From the NCBI GenBank assembly GCA_051294905.1, contig CM119371.1, positions 5,086,001 through 5,150,000 of the forward strand: a DNA stretch of 64,000 nt, written 5' to 3'. The notes under the pieces are model-generated. The model saw only the letters and a program-made list of their open reading frames with translations, was not told the origin of the DNA and did not search any database. Origin of the DNA: Botryllus schlosseri. Taxonomy: Eukaryota. Shown here piece after piece: positions 1 through 14,485 of the stretch; positions within the stretch are counted from its first letter, which is position 1, and the number at the start of each line of letters is the position of its first letter. The position numbers and the translations under genes were made by a program.

Positions 1-2811
1 TCGAGTGGTCATAAACGCAACATACTTAACATGAGGTACAAACATGCACGCATATTACTGGAACTGACATATCTGTGAAGTCGTGATCCATCTACAGCAT
101 TGTCACAAAGTGCAATGAAATAGGTGTGGTCAGAGGGATAACAAATCATCCTTAATGTGATGTAGGACTGGCATTATATTGGTTGTAGTCGCGGAAAAGT
201 TATTTAAGTTATTTAAACTTTCCACTTCATCCACACTGGTATGGCATCATAATAAGCCATACCGTATTCGAAGACTTGACTCGAAGCCTGATACTCAATT
301 CAATTCCAAATCACCTAGGTACTTGATTTTTGGAAGCCCTACGTATAACAAGTCGAATATCAAAATGGGGCCATGAATTAAAATTTTTAATTAGAAAGGT
401 TTATCGGTTCAGAAAATTGGTTGTCGAATTTTACAGGCCCGTCGACTCAAAAAGGTTGAGAACCAATGATTTAGATTCCCAACAAATAATTTTGTTGTTT
501 TCATCCTGTCAATCCGATTACCTTTAATATGTGTTTTCAGTTGTGATGGAAGTTTACAAAACAGATGTGCCATCACAGAAGCAGAGACTCGTTATTAAAT
601 GCGACTGATTCTGATTAACGTCGTTATCTTCACGATTGTAAGATCATTTACAGAGGTATCAAGATAATAATTGTAGTGTAGGGATCTAATGAAACTAAAT
701 AGAGCTAGGCTGTAATCTAATTCTGTCCTGATTTGTCGAATTTATGAAATGCTCTCAATATTCTAATTTCTGCTTTTCCTGAAGTTGCTACAGGAGAACT
801 GTATCTTGTGAAACCAACGAAGCACGGTGTTACAGACACGTGCGGTCTAAAAATGCCGAATAATCTGTATTGTGATTCCACTGTTTTTGGTTGCATGAAA
901 GGACCTTATTTGAACTTTATACATCATTGATGCTTTTATCATGACATAATGAGTTTTACTGACATAGTCATCTTGATTCGAAGCCTAATACTCACTTCAG
1001 TTTCAAATCAGTCAGGTATTCGATTTTGCACAGCCCTACGTATAACAAGTCAAATATCAAAGTACCAGCGTGATATGAAGTTTCTAACTTGAAAGGATCA
1101 ACGATCTGCAAAATGTGATGTTGAATTTTTACCTGCACCCAAGCTCATTTTTATATTGACCCAACAAATAATGCTACTGATGTCATTCTATCAATCCGAT
1201 TAGCTTTGAATTTCGTTGACAGTGGCCGATGGATCTTGAGAAAGAAGACGAGTCATCGCAGAAGCAGAGACTCGATCTTACTTGCAACAGATTCTGGTTG
1301 GAGTCGTTTATATTCACGGCTGTGCGATCATTCACACGGATATCCAGGTGACATTGTTTGCAGTGGCTCCAGAGAGTGCAAACTGCTGGATTTTTAATAT
1401 GTTCAACTAGAACTAGAACTACTCAGTTTTCAGAACTAAAACTAGAACCAACGACCGTTACAAATCCGCAACTAACTAACTAAAATATAGCTAAGATGAG
1501 TAATAATTGATAATTTAACTTCTGAATTACATATGAGTTCAGAAACATTGGAGATAAAATCGGCATTTTAAACAAACGGGAAGTGTTTGCTTTTAAAATG
1601 TTAAAATATAAGACTAAAACTAGAACTAATCAAAACGGCAGCAGTTTCCGTAGTTGGCCATCATTTAACTGGAATGCTAGTATGCACAACTTTATATACT
1701 TTTGTAAGTCGATGTGAAGTTTGTATTGGCAGCTGGAGAAGATCTTCCCGAACAATATGGAGGTGAAGTTTGAAGATTTCTGTTGAGCTGCCACGGTCGA
1801 CTGTGACAGGTACACAATGAATACTCATTGCGGCTGTCCCGACTATTAATGACCCGGAAGTTCTCGGCAAGAATGCACATAGCTTCAAAGTGGACACCTT
1901 GTTGCTGGGTTCTGTTTCGTGAGTACGTTGCATCAATAGCACCATTGAATACAGATTTTTATAAAAGGAGATCGCAAGGGTCTTAAATGTAGATTGTAGG
2001 GTTTAGCTAAATCAAGTGACTCACTGATTCTATCCTGATCGGAGTATTAGGCTTTAAGTTGCGTATGCGAGTATCACCTCTTGTGACAGCAAAACGTTTT
2101 GAAAATGTTTGGAAGTTCAAATAGGTGACCAGAAATAATGTAATGCCGTTTATACACCACATGAAATGATTTCGTATTTTTTCAACCATCCATATCATGA
2201 CTTGATAAATAAGTCATTTCCACTCACACTGTACCTTTATACTACACATTTTATAAGCTATGATACGGCCAATTGAGGTTCACAGCCTTCCACGTTATAA
2301 AATGAGGGCAAAATCATAATTCTCATTGATGAAATTATCTGTTGGTGGCAAACAGCATATCATTTCAGAACTCGAAATGATCATCTCTCATTTCTCGATT
2401 GTGCCATCCCTAGCAACAAACATCCGACTCGGTAACTTGATGCATGTTTTCCTTTATCGTAGGTATATGCATTGTTGGTCGGTGAGCTACCGCTTATATG
2501 CCAGACGTTACAGGAAACTTTCATTGAAACGGAGAAGAATGAATACACGATTCCACAAAATAATCACCACCAGCTTGTGATCGTTTCTAAAAGGTATGTT
2601 ATAACTCTGACTTCGGGTTGATATTTTGCCTTTTTTCTTATGTGCTTTGCAGTATTGGGATGACCGCGTCAACTTTCTCAAGTGTCTTGACTTGTCTCGA
2701 GTCACATTAAAAAAATGGGGTAACTTGCCTCGAAAAATGAAGTAACTTGACTCGATTCAAAATGTGCAATGACTCGATATGACTTGCGACTCGAACATGA
2801 TGACTTGTTTC

Positions 2812-3349
2812 TAGGGCTGGGCACAATGATTCGAGTACTCGAATCTGAATCGAGTATTAATTTTAATGATTCGAGTCGAGTAGTAAAAGTCGATTTTTTC
2901 GAGGACTGAAATTATACGTTTCTCGCCACTGAAAGTTAATTTATCAACGAGAATTGTAGTTTAGATACTAATTTTCACTGTTGGAGCCTTGGAGCCCGTA
3001 TCGTACCATACGTAACATGTTGGAGCCCGTATCGTACCATACGTAACATGTAGTACAAAGCTACCAACGTTACTGGGAATAGCATGTTTCTGAAGTCATG
3101 ATCATCCCACGACATTGTCACCAAGTGCAATGAAATCGGTATGGTCGAATGATACCAAAGTATCTCTAATGTGATGGATAACAGGCATTATATTCTTTGA
3201 GATCGCATAAAAGGTACATATTAGAGCTTTGACATATTACATTCTATTATGACGTCATAACGAGTGATACTCGATGACTCGACTCGACTCGAAGCATATT
3301 ACATGATTCAGAATCGAATCACTCAGGTACTCGATTTTGCCCAGCCCTA
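2812..3349 (+). mobile_element. hAT-type MITE; intact copy of a family with many decayed copies across the window
   Basis: TIRs TAGGGCTGGGCA...TGCCCAGCCCTA; 8-bp TSD CTTGTTTC. The paralogous sites near 26048 and 62165 are empty. Related fragments occur at ~1-340, 11230-11480, 19556-20035, 26450-26900, 46090-46500 and 61742-62770. Confidence 0.88.
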
Positions 3350-4420
3350 CTTGTTTCCAACACTGACCTACCGTGATTTTCACAGTTTGTTGTCTATTGA
3401 TCCATTACAATGAACTACCGTGAATCACACACTGTGCAGTGAATCTTTCAATGCTACATTCCACAAAAACTGGCGACAACCTGCTTGGCTATCACGCCTA
3501 CAATATCGGAGAGTCAACTGGAGCCAAGTTTCAAAAGTGAGATTTTTACAAGTCTTTAATATGGTTATGAATTGGCAAAAGCGAGTGCTCGAGCCTTGAG
3601 TATTATTTTAGTACTGGAGAAAATCATCCCTCACTTGTCGACTTGAATCATTGGAATAAATACTCGATTCAAATTAGAGTACTTGAACCATCGTGCACAG
3701 CCCTAGTTACGATGAGAGCGCGACCTGTATTGGATCTTTGAGCCAAACCAGTGCCGTAATGACTTGATTCATGACTCGACTCAAGTCATTGCACATGACT
3801 CAACGAAGTCATATAACTTATGCCAAATCAACCAGAAAGTGTCTTATATCTGTTTGAATAAGCCAATTGAGAGTAGATGTGGTGAAAGTAGTCATCACTG
3901 GTACTCAAGCAGAAATAACGACGTAAATTGACACTCAAGTTAAGCTAAAGCTGGCGATTACCAAGTAGGTAAAAAGGCCAATATTCCAGGCCTAAGTTTG
4001 GATTGAGAACCGCAAATTGTGATGGAGAAATGGCATTTGTCTACAATCATAACTACTTGAGTAAGTATTGCAAGTAGACGAAACCTACTTGATTACTTTG
4101 ACAAAGTGAAAGTACTTCTTTGCCGACCATCTCTGGTTAAGAGTGAGATGAATGAGTGTATTTTGAATCCTAGGAGTTCGTTTTACTCTACTGGAGTTAG
4201 GAAAATGAGTTGGGCATGACTTGGGTTCGGACTCGAGTCTCAACACTATGACTTGGACTTGACTTGTTTGTGAATTGAATATGATTGGAGTCAATGACAT
4301 GGAAGAAAGATTGACTCATGACTCAGAATCTTGTGACTTGGTTCCAACCCTGGCCGATACCCATTAAACCGTAACTAGCACCAATCAAGCTGATATGTTC
4401 AGAAGAGATGGGATCTAGCT

Positions 4421-5639
4421 CAGGGGTTCTCAGCCCTTTCTTGGCTGCGGCCCATTTTCTGGTTTAAAAATGTGCTGTGGCCCACCTGATATCTTAGAGT
4501 CATAATCATGTTTAATGCGTGTCCATGGACAGCGCCTATATGCCCATTTCTCTAAAATATGCGCATTTTCTCTAACTGATGATATTTAAAACTCGGTCCC
4601 CGGGATATGAAATCGCGCGTAGCGCGGAAAAAAATTTCAAGTTGAATAAATATCCTCCAACAAACGACCAACGAAATAATCTTGGGCCCCTTCGAGTTCC
4701 CCAATTGGGGGTGTTGGTGCGGTAGTTACGGCCCTGGTAGATCATAAGCTAAAACTCCTAAGTAATAGATTATTTTCGTCCGCTGCTCCATTCGTGTCGC
4801 GATCAGATCCCCACACTGTGTGATTGGAACTTCAGTGATACTATTGTGGGAATATTATAGTCATTCGGGGCCAGCAGCGAACAATTCATTGGTGGGTGGG
4901 GTACTACAGAGAAGTGAAGAATGATTTTTCAATGTGCATGATGTACTTTGTAATGATTTTATGTCTTGTACCAAAGCAACTGAAGTTGTGATGTCAGAAT
5001 ATTCAATCCAATAATACAATCCATTCCTGTGACTTTTTCATTATGTACAATGATTTCCAGGCCGGACATTTTAAACCGATTTCAAAGATTAATGCGCTCC
5101 GATAAATTGTCAATCCATTAAGATACGTTAAAGTGGGTGCAGTATACATCCGCCAGAAGTTGCTAATAATTTGTAATTATGGTTATTTTTAGCTTACGAT
5201 AATACGGCCTGCCGAAGTACAGTAAATCTGTACATCAATTTCACTTCATTGAGAGTTCATTGCATACCCCTTTCAACGGCAAACGGCATATGACGCTGCC
5301 GGAATGCTTGCTTACTTCAACATTAGCTTCCAGTTATTATACGCTTGAAATTATTTTAGTTGCTGTTAGCCGTAGGTTGTCATAGCCAGTAGAAAAAGCC
5401 ACCGTTTCTCCCTAACGTTTTCGATTTGTACATGCAGACTTCATACGTGCCACTACGTCGAATCAGGTTAGGATGAAAAGCTTTGTAGCTATGTAGCCTA
5501 CGTATAATTATATAATACGAATATATTTCTAGCGAATAACATAAGAAATATAACTAAACTTATATTAATTCTGAAATTTTTTAAATGGCTCTGTGGCCCA
5601 CCTCAAAATGCTCTGTGGCCCACACTTTGAGAACCCTTG
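4421..5639 (+). mobile_element. Non-autonomous hAT (Charlie-like) element
   Basis: Ends CAGGGGTTCTCA...TGAGAACCCTTG; 8-bp TSD ATCTAGCT. The paralogous arm near 25020-25040 lacks it. Confidence 0.85.
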
Positions 5640-8600
5640 ATCTAGCTTATGGCGCGTTTTCAAAAGCACAGAGCATTTATTAGAACGGCTTTACAGCTCC
5701 TGTTTGGGCATGAAATGAGCTGGAAAAGCTGCACCCGGACACTTGTATGCAGCGATGCGTGTTTTTCAGCAGCGTATAGAGTAGCCTTGGACTTTTTATG
5801 AGGCCGTATAGATGAAAAGCTTACCAATCCAAAGTTTACCTGTTATATGTTTGCAAAGTAAAAGAAATTTTCCACCCCTTGTCGTAAGGGCAAGTGCTAT
5901 TATCACATAGTTGTATCAGCTTATTGTTTTACATGACAGGTGCCGCTAACACAGTAACCTGTCGGTGACAAGCCAGAGGCGTCCTATATATACAGTGACG
6001 AATCACCAGACTTCCATATGGCTGAACTTGAGGCTCAACTCCAGAAATTGGTCGATACCAATCTGACATCGAAGTCTGCTTTATATATGGGTGCGTATTT
6101 ATATTCTAATCACTACTTGCCCTTATTCTGAATAGACTTCCTCTTTGAAATGTAGGATACTTCTACGGGTCAGATACGTGATATATTAAAATTCCAATCC
6201 CGTAATGGCTCAAATCAATTCATGAGTGTTGCGACAGCTGAAGAATATCAGAAATTCTTTGAACAATGCCAGTTTGTAATATGATATTGATGCATATTTG
6301 TTCCATGTGTCGAAATTCAAATCGGTGCAAATCTCAAATTAAAACCGGTACAAATCAAAGCTATTAGGATTTCCATATCCATATCAAGTTCAACATGTAT
6401 CAGAAAATGACGCATAGAATATTCAAATTCAAAAAGGGTTGTTGAAATCCACAGTGATTAAGAGGTCCGTGTTTTCCAATCAGGCAGATATCATAGATCC
6501 AACTCACAACTCTAGCCAGTATGTGACACAACCAAAAAATGGTTAGCATTAGCTATATATTGCATTTCTGTACATCAAAACTGAGTTTGATTCAACAGAT
6601 GAGGCAGAAGATCCTGCAGCCTGCACCTGTGCATTGGATTGGTGGATCTGACAGATAAAGCAGAATTCAGTATGGCTATTTTTGTATCGTCATTATATAT
6701 GGATAAAAGGAGCTTACAATCTATTTCGATAGATACATCAACGGTCAAAGTAGTCAGCGCGACTACTCGAATAGAAGTAGAGGTAACGTTATACATTTCT
6801 ACTCGTTTGCAAGCAAAAGTTGCAATTTCCAGGACATGTCAAACTACTACATGCAGTAATAGAAGGTGGTCAAAGTAGTCGGTAATGCCACTCAAGTACA
6901 AGTAACATCAATCCAAGTACGACTAATTACAAGTAAATGTAGCGATTTCAAAGGCAGATCAAGACTAATTTATGTGGAAATAGATGGTAGCCAAAGTAGT
7001 CAGCAATGATACTTTAGTAGAACTATCCTAGTAAGTTACTACTTCATTACTGCAGTAGCAATTTCAAAGAGGATGCAAAATTAAGGATGTAAGTCCAAGT
7101 AGATGTAACACTGTAAATTTCAACTCAATTATAAGTAAAAGTGTCGATTTCGCTTATTGACTGGCTATGACATATTAAATACTTGTGCGGCTGTGCGCAC
7201 ATCACACTAGGACAACTATATAATTCTAGGTGTTTAATTAAACTAATCTAATCAAAATGGTAATCCATTTCTTATCTTATTATCGTGTGTTACAAGGCAA
7301 GCTCGATGTACAGGCATTTGTCATTCATGTGCTCATATGGGCTAACTTTTTGTTGGATTTCTTTCCACTTCACAATTGAATTCGATTTCTCAGTTTTTGT
7401 AAATCAAGTATGTCTAATTGTAATTCCAGAAAAGCTGTAGCCAGCATTCTACTTCTAATCCGTTAGATTTTCTAGGTGTCAAACTCTTGCGCCGACCGCC
7501 TTGTACAGATTAATACCTACTAATACTGAACGCGAATTAAAAACTAGGAATTGTGTCAATATGGAACTGCTTCCATATTATATCATACAACTCTGTCTTG
7601 TGTAATACATCTTGGCGTTTCACTGCTCAGGGATGTAGGTAAGTCTTTCAAAATTGTCCTGAATAAAGCAGGCCTTCGAAATTTCTGTAAAATATTCATT
7701 AAATTGAAATCAATTTCAATATTATCCGTACTATAGCAGGCATTCAAATATCTGCAGAATAATGATTTCCTTCAAATTTCAGGTTGTCAACTATGTGATA
7801 ACAACAACCGTGTACTTGTCAACGATAGCACGTGAAGACTTCTGTACGCAAACAACGAATAATGGCGGAGTCCTACTACACCCTCCAACAGTACCCGAGT
7901 ACTCTAAACAAGAAAGTAACCTAGCTCAAGTGTGTCCACAACTACATGTTCGAGCATTTGATCAAGGTTATTCGAATCATGTTATACTACTTGAATTGAA
8001 AATTTATGAAAGGGCTTGACTATTAACTAAAGTGTGACTTGACATTAAAATTGTTCAAACGACTTGATTTGACTCGACTCTAGTCTACATTTGTGTGACT
8101 TTACTTGAAAATTTATTAACTGACTCGAATACAGTCCGAATTTGCGTGATTTGACTTGAAAAATTTATGAAATGGCTTTACTGAAGTGTAGACTTCTAGT
8201 AGAGTAGCATAACTGACTACCTCAGCCACATATCTTCACTTCAAGTAGTTTGTGTCGTTGAAATAGTTACTTCGACTTGCAGTTGATTCGAAATTTATGA
8301 GGTTACTTCTTCTGTAACATCACCGACTGCCACGACGTAACTTCTACTTGCATAGAAACACTGATTAATTTGAAGACCCCCCTCCAACAAAATTGTAACT
8401 CCGTATAAATATTTGCCATTGCTTATCGTTTAAGTGGATGCTTTTACTTGCAGTTGATTTTAAATTTACAAGGTCCCTTAGGGATAGTTTGATCACCTCT
8501 TCTATTGTTTTAATGTTTGTTTTCGTCATCCAGGACCACACCAAAGTGATTCTGTTTCCTATGGTGGGAACCCGTGATTTATATCGACCGAGAACGTAAC

Positions 8601-9989
8601 CTCAGTACCGAAAAATTGGAACTGCTACAAAAATACGGATGCAATCAAAGCCTGGACGGTCGCTTAGGATACGCAGATGGCATCTTGCGAAAGACTACTT
8701 TAGAAGATGATTCGTGAAATGCTTGATACAACTGCAATTCATTTCTATTCGCAAATTGAATCGAGTAAAGCTTTGCAGCTGACTCTTTTGTTTAGCTTGG
8801 AGTGCACTAATCAATGAATGCATAATATGAATGTATTGCAATATTCCGAATCATCTGTACTGCGTGGATATCATGTGATTGAGTCCGTATAAAATGACTT
8901 CGGATCGTTGTGTGGGCATAAATCCAGTGTAATCTTGGCAGGCAAGTCTTTCGTAAACAGAGTTGATGTTATTTATCGAAATAGATGTGTTCAATTGAAT
9001 TTGTGCAATGAGATTTGTGTTTTGCGTTATAGTTTAGAGGCGTGCCGGTAAGATCAAAAGTAGTATGAACTTGTTACTCAATTTGAAGTAGAATTCGCGA
9101 GATATATCTTCAACAAATTATGGATGGAACTAGCAATATTGAAAACGTCTCGAAACTTCCAACAGAGGCAGATAATGAAAGACCCTGAAAGTGCTGGAGT
9201 TGCAGAGACTGAATATGGTTGAAGTGACCAGTAGGCTAGCCTACTATAAGCACTTGATCTGGACTGTCTATTGTCGGAATCGTAATAAAATACATCTTCA
9301 CGACTAACGTAAAATGACTACTGGCAGTACCAGGGTTCCAAGTCACAAGTCAATCTTACTTCTATAGTTTTGACTCAAGTCTAGTCATTCATAATTCACC
9401 ACCGAGTCCAACTAAGTTAGTAGAGGGACGAGTCACAGTGTTATGACTCAAATCCGACTCATCATATGTTAAGTTCAATCCGGATCAACTCACTTTTTCA
9501 ATTATGCTCGAGTGATATAGAATGGCTCGCATTCAATGTACCGTAATTTTCCTCAGTCTGAACACAAAATACCAATATTAGGTAACTTTACTTTTTTTCG
9601 AAGTGGTCGTCCTAGTCCCGAGTCATATTCCTTGGTTCGAGTCGCCATGCAAAATTAATTGAGTAGCCTACAAGTTAAGTCAATACAAAAATTGACTCGA
9701 GTCGAGTCATTACAACTCTGGACACCACGAACAGTTAAAATATTTGAAAATATATTCAGTTACCGTGATATAGGAAGTGTTTCACCCAGTTTTAATGACA
9801 ATGTCATTCATTAAATTGATGCCGACTCAGCATAAACTATGTTCTACTTCTCAAAATACTAAGTGTGTCAAGTAATTGGTGTTACTGAAAAATAGCTAAG
9901 TGAACGTAGTCTATAACAGAGCCTGAATTTCAAAGGACGTTTATTTGGGTTTGAAATGTGAAGGATTTCACACACACAAGACCCCGCAA

Positions 9990-10394
9990 TGCTGTTCAAA
10001 AATAACTTTTTTTTTCGCGATTCAACCCGGTCACTTTTTAAATCGTCAGGTTGCAGTAGAAAACCTTGCTCACCAAATTTCACTCGATTCCAACAAGATC
10101 TCCGCAATTTATCAACGAAAAACTCACATAACTCCGCTTCTACTGGTCGGAATTGAATCAAATTTGTTTTGCAACGTCTTTGAAGACAGCTCAACAATTT
10201 CATGTGGTTGGCAGGAAAATTTGGATTTTTTTTTTAATTTTCCATAATAAATTAAAATTTTTAATTGGATCTGCGGAGTCCTATACTTTTTAGAATCGAA
10301 CCAAATTTGGTGTGCAGCTTTTTTAGGGTAACCTGACAATTTAATCAGTGAATGGCTGAAATCCGAAAAATAAAGTTATTTTTGAACAGCCCTA
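9990..10394. mobile_element. MITE-like element, superfamily uncertain
   Basis: Terminal inverted repeat GCTGTTCAAAAATAACTTT...AAAGTTATTTTTGAACAGC; related sequence at ~46722-47020; no clear TSD. Confidence 0.65.
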
Positions 10395-12719
10395 ACCCGC
10401 ATACGCCACTCGAAATACTGAAGACCCTGAACTGATAATGCCTGCAGAAACATCACATAACAGCACACATGTAACACGATTCATGCCAAAGCACGATACG
10501 TGTTTCTTAGTTGTTTTACGACCAAATTTTCACTAAAATGCGCAACTACAACTACTCGAATACCTTAACATAGCAAGATATCGAGAGACACGAGGTAAAA
10601 TACATTTCAATGTTAGAGACGATCACTGGTAGGGTTGCATCAAACAAAAATCATTTTAGAACAGACATGTTTAAAACAAGGCCATAATTTAAAACGTGTT
10701 TTTTATTTAATTTATTTTTATCCATGACGTCACGAATATTCAATTGTGAATCATAGTGGATTGGCATAGACAATTGAAAATATAGGGTAAATATAGCTCC
10801 TTTGCCGAAATATCCGTACTATTAATGTTGAACCGACTATTTGCGCGTTCCAACCATCCCATATCGATATATCGACGTGTCGGCTATACCAGGTGGTAAT
10901 TGTCCGTAGGCAATCACTGGTCATAGCGAGAATCGAAACAAGGTATCGTTCTACTAATGCGCTTCGACGAGGTGGAACAGTGCCGGTCATAAAGTCACAT
11001 TTTCGCTGACTGCTGGTGATGGGAAGGGATGGGCAAAATGACTGGAGTATTCGAGTCGTGTAGTAAGACATTTTATTTCGAGTGTTGAAATTATGCACTC
11101 CTCCCCACCGAGAGTTAATTATAGTTTCGATACTTTCGAAACCTTTTAAACGTTGATTTGTCGTCGCAGTGTAAGAAACACGCAGTAGACTGCTACGCGC
11201 GTTAGACGTGACCGGGAAGAACATATCTATGAAGTAGTGATCCCTCCCTTGTCCTATGAAATGCAAAGTGCAATGAAAAAGGTAGGGCAGAAAAGTACTA
11301 AATACTCTTTAATGTGATGTAAAACCTACATTATACTCATTGCGGTCGTATAGAGGTACATAATTGCCACTTTCGGCATCAGTTGTGAAGTAAAATTGAA
11401 TAATTCTAGTACTCTACTCGAAGCCTGATACTCGATTCAGAATCGAATCACTCATATGTTCGATTTTGCACAACCCCTGTCATATGCTTCAACTTAATAT
11501 TGACATTTAACGTGACCAATTCGATTATATTGTTTCCAGCATATACGACATCAATGGTTTTCGACATCTCCACAGAAATACGCAAATTTATTTTGACGCC
11601 TTCCAATATTTCAAGTCTAGCACAACCATCCCTAGTTCAGAAATGATTAGTCAACTGGACTAGGCATTTCAAACGGAATGACACTTGAGGTTTAATTGTT
11701 CAGAGTAAACGTTTTGCAGGAATAATAAAAACATAATTAACGATTTCTGCATGCAGAGTGGTATGAAGCCTGTGTTATGTATATCCAAGTGAACGAATGT
11801 TTGCAGTTGCACCAACTCATTTAAATTATTGACAACAACTTAATATGACGCTGTTTAGACTAACTTAATTATTTCCTGCAAACATCAGTTATAACTATGG
11901 CGATTATATTACCTAAAAACGGGACATTTTCACCTAAAAAATAGAAATTTTAACATTTTTGACATTAAAAAACCTAATCTTGACCTCACGCATGTAAATT
12001 ATGTGCTTTGGAATTGTACTACTTATCTCCATTTTTGATTGGAACTGTCTGTCTTTACGAAGTAGTTTGACCTGAAAAAACTTTTTTGACTTGAAAACTG
12101 ACAAATTTTGACATAAAAGAAATTTATTTTAACGAAATCTGGACCAATGAAGAATTCCAGCCGTTACATCACGCATTATCGCACAAATAATAAAAATTAG
12201 TCGTAGTAGCCTACAACGATGGATACTTTCCTACATTCTCGAGAAGAAAGTGTTTGTCCTTACTGTACATTCTCGAGAAGAAAGTGTTTGTCCTTACTCA
12301 GTAGCTTGCCAAGAATGGTGAAAGAACGTTCAACAGTAGCAGTTGTTGGCTGACAACACTGACGTTGTGCATCCACTGCTGGTGACTCGCCATTCTGACA
12401 ATGCTGTCTACACTACATCACAATTTCCATCATGCGCTTCTTGATATAAGATCCAATGCCCACGCAGTCTTGCTTCAGTTAGGATATTGCAGTACGTTGA
12501 GCATAATACCATTTCAGCCTGTTTGTTTCATTTAACCGTTTATGATCTACAATAAGCAGACAACGGACCTTCTACAACGGTATGCTCATAGAGTAGGGTA
12601 CAGGCTGTAAAATGTCAATGATAAGTTCACAAAATTTTGACATGTCAAAAAATCAGCCTAGTTGTAACCGCCTGGATGCATATGAATATGATGGTTGAGG
12701 TGGGCATTCCTACTAAATG

Positions 12720-13060
12720 GTTTGGTGCCAGCATGTATATCCATATGACTCTTGAGATGACACATCGGAATGAATGCGTTCCCAATATCCCACATACTTC
12801 ACATAGATGTTTTTTGATTCAAGTATTCATAGACATATGAAGCTGGAGGCTACCTTTCTGAATGAATGCTTTCCCACGTACATGATTTCTAATTCCAACA
12901 TGCGTATCCATATGAAGCTTGAGGCTAGCCTTCTCAGTAAATAGGCACACATTCCCGCCAACATCACATTTATGATTTTTGATTCCAGCATGCATATCCA
13001 TGTGACGTTTGAGGACGTTCTTCAGCAAAAATGCTTTCCCGCATATACCACATTCATGAT
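12720..13060 (-). pseudogene. Degenerate out-of-frame zinc-finger tail of ZF gene 1
   Basis: Remnant fingers such as LKRHMDMHAGIKNHKCDV..FTEKASLKLHMDTH..GKAFIQKGSLQLHM, with indels and lost Cys residues. Confidence 0.75.
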
Positions 13061-14074
13061 TTTGATTTGAGCATGCGTGTCCATATGATGCTTGAGCCTA
13101 CCTTTATGATTGAATGCTTTCCCACATATATCACATTCATGATTTTTGATTCCAGCATGCATAGCCATATGATGCCTGAGGCTAGCTTTCTGAATGAATG
13201 TTTTCCCACATATCTCACATTCATGATTTTTTATTCCAGCATGCATATCCATATGACTCTTGAGGGTACCCTTCTCGGTGAATGCTTCACCACAGACATC
13301 ACATTCGTGACTTTTGATGCCAGCATGCTTATCCATATGAAGTTTGAGGGTACCCTTCTGAGTGAATGCTTTACCACATATAGCACAACAATGTCTGATT
13401 CCAGCATGCATTTTCAAATGCCGCTTGAGGTTACTCTTTATGATGAATGCCTTCCCACATACACCACAGTCATGATTTCTGATTCCGGCATGTATATCCA
13501 TATGACACTTGAGGGTACCCTTTTCAGTGTATGCTTTACCACATATAGCACAACAATATTTGATTCCAGCATGCATATCCATATGACGCTTGAGGTTACC
13601 TTTGTGAGTGAACGCTTTACCACATATAGCACAACAGTGTCTGATTCCTGCATGCATTTCCAAATGTCGCTTGAAATTACTCTTTATGATGAATGCCTTC
13701 CCACATACACCACAGTCATGATTTCTGATTCCAGCATGTATATCCATATGACACTTGAGGGTGCCCTTCTCACTGAATGCTTTACCACATATAGCACATG
13801 TATGATTTTTGATTCCAGCATGCTTATCCATATGACGCTTGAGGGTAACATTCCCAGTGTTTGCTTTACCACATATAGCACATGTATGATTCTTGATTCC
13901 AGCATGCTGATTCATATGAAGCTTTAGGGTACCCTTCTGAGTGAATTCTTTATCACATATAGCACAACAATGTTTGACTCCAGCGTGCATAGCCATATGA
14001 CGCTTCAGGACACCCTTTCTGCTGAATGCTTTCCCACATACATCACAGTCATGACTTTCAATTCCAGCATGCAT
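13022..14074 (-). CDS. Tandem C2H2 zinc-finger ORF 1 (12 fingers); 5' end abuts an L2 insertion and the 3' end is frameshifted, so possibly a pseudogene
   Basis: 350-aa ORF of repeated CxxC-x12-HxxxH units with AGIKNH-type linkers. The frame is lost near 13060 (one base missing in an A-run) although finger sequence continues. Confidence 0.9.
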   Translation of the reverse strand: MHAGIESHDCDVCGKAFSRKGVLKRHMAMHAGVKHCCAICDKEFTQKGTLKLHMNQHAGIKNHTCAICGKANTGNVTLKRHMDKHAGIKNHTCAICGKAFSEKGTLKCHMDIHAGIRNHDCGVCGKAFIIKSNFKRHLEMHAGIRHCCAICGKAFTHKGNLKRHMDMHAGIKYCCAICGKAYTEKGTLKCHMDIHAGIRNHDCGVCGKAFIIKSNLKRHLKMHAGIRHCCAICGKAFTQKGTLKLHMDKHAGIKSHECDVCGEAFTEKGTLKSHMDMHAGIKNHECEICGKTFIQKASLRHHMAMHAGIKNHECDICGKAFNHKGRLKHHMDTHAQIKIMNVVYAGKHFC

Positions 14075-14485
14075 AATAATTTATAGAGCACCGAATATAA
14101 AAATATATAATACTACACTAGAGCGCTGTACATAAAAGGCAATACAATATAAAAGTAAACGATATGTATAAAAGACGGAGTGCATAATTGTAGGGCGGAA
14201 TGAACACTACTTTAGTTCGAACGCTGGTGTGAATAAATCGGTCTTGATTCTGCATTTGAAAACATACAGTGAGTCACATGTAGTCTGATAGAAAATGGAA
14301 GATTGTTCCACAGAATGGCGGCCAAGTAAGTAAAGGTTCTCTCGCCGCATGTCGATGTTCTGACTCTTGGAACCGACAAGAGTTTTTGCGACTGAGAACG
14401 TGGCGTTCGTCCGGGATTATAGATCGTCACTAGCTCACGAAGATACGCTTGAGCACTATCCTTCATGCATTTGAAGACGTACAGA
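14075..14485 (-). mobile_element. L2-type LINE 3' remnant
   Basis: Translation AQAYLRELVTIYNPGRTPRSQSQKLLSVPRVRTSTCGERTFTYLAAILWNNLP matches the typical L2 ORF2 C-terminus. The 3' UTR ends ..GCTCTATAAATTATTAT directly at the ZF1 ORF start. Confidence 0.8.

Larger units (their letters stand above)
541..8717 (+). pseudogene. PLK1: Unprocessed Polo-like kinase 1 pseudogene, copy 1 (kinase domain and polo-box exons; 5' exons outside the window or lost)
   Basis: Manually translated exons, mostly with AG/GT boundaries, in PLK1 order: 541-663 and 1223-1347 (two copies; RRVIAEAETRSYLQQILVGVVYIH..IIHTDI ~ [31 protein letters not shown]); 1733-1918 (MEVKFEDFC*AATVD..NTHCGCPDY..PEVLGKNAHSFKVD ~ [39 protein letters not shown]); 2463-2593 (YALLVGELP..TLQETF..KNEYTIP); 3386-3536 (DP..YIPQKLATTCL); 5940-6090 (DFHMAELEAQL); 6599-~6670 (DEAEDPA..WI..VDLTDK); 7783-7966 (GCQLCDN..VLVNDST..LNKKVT*LK..NYMFEHLIK); 8534-8717 (DHTKVILFPM..YIDRERN..LLQKYGC..RLGYA). 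Many stops and frameshifts. Confidence 0.9.

Noticed and set aside
2989..3050. 31-bp tandem duplication (similar 34-bp one at ~12232-12298)
   Set aside because: Ordinary local duplications with no functional signal.
541..8717. Functional PLK1 gene
   Set aside because: In-frame stops, frameshifts and loss of HRD and DFG residues in every copy; several lesions are shared between copies, so they are not sequencing errors.
10751..11266. 171-aa ORF on the minus strand
   Set aside because: Overlaps decayed MITE sequence, has no recognisable domain, and no counterpart ORF was seen in the paralogous arm.
13031..13927. Long antisense ORFs over the ZF arrays (also 17780-18805 and 53352-54734)
   Set aside because: Shadow frames produced by the repetitive finger codons; no independent protein signal.
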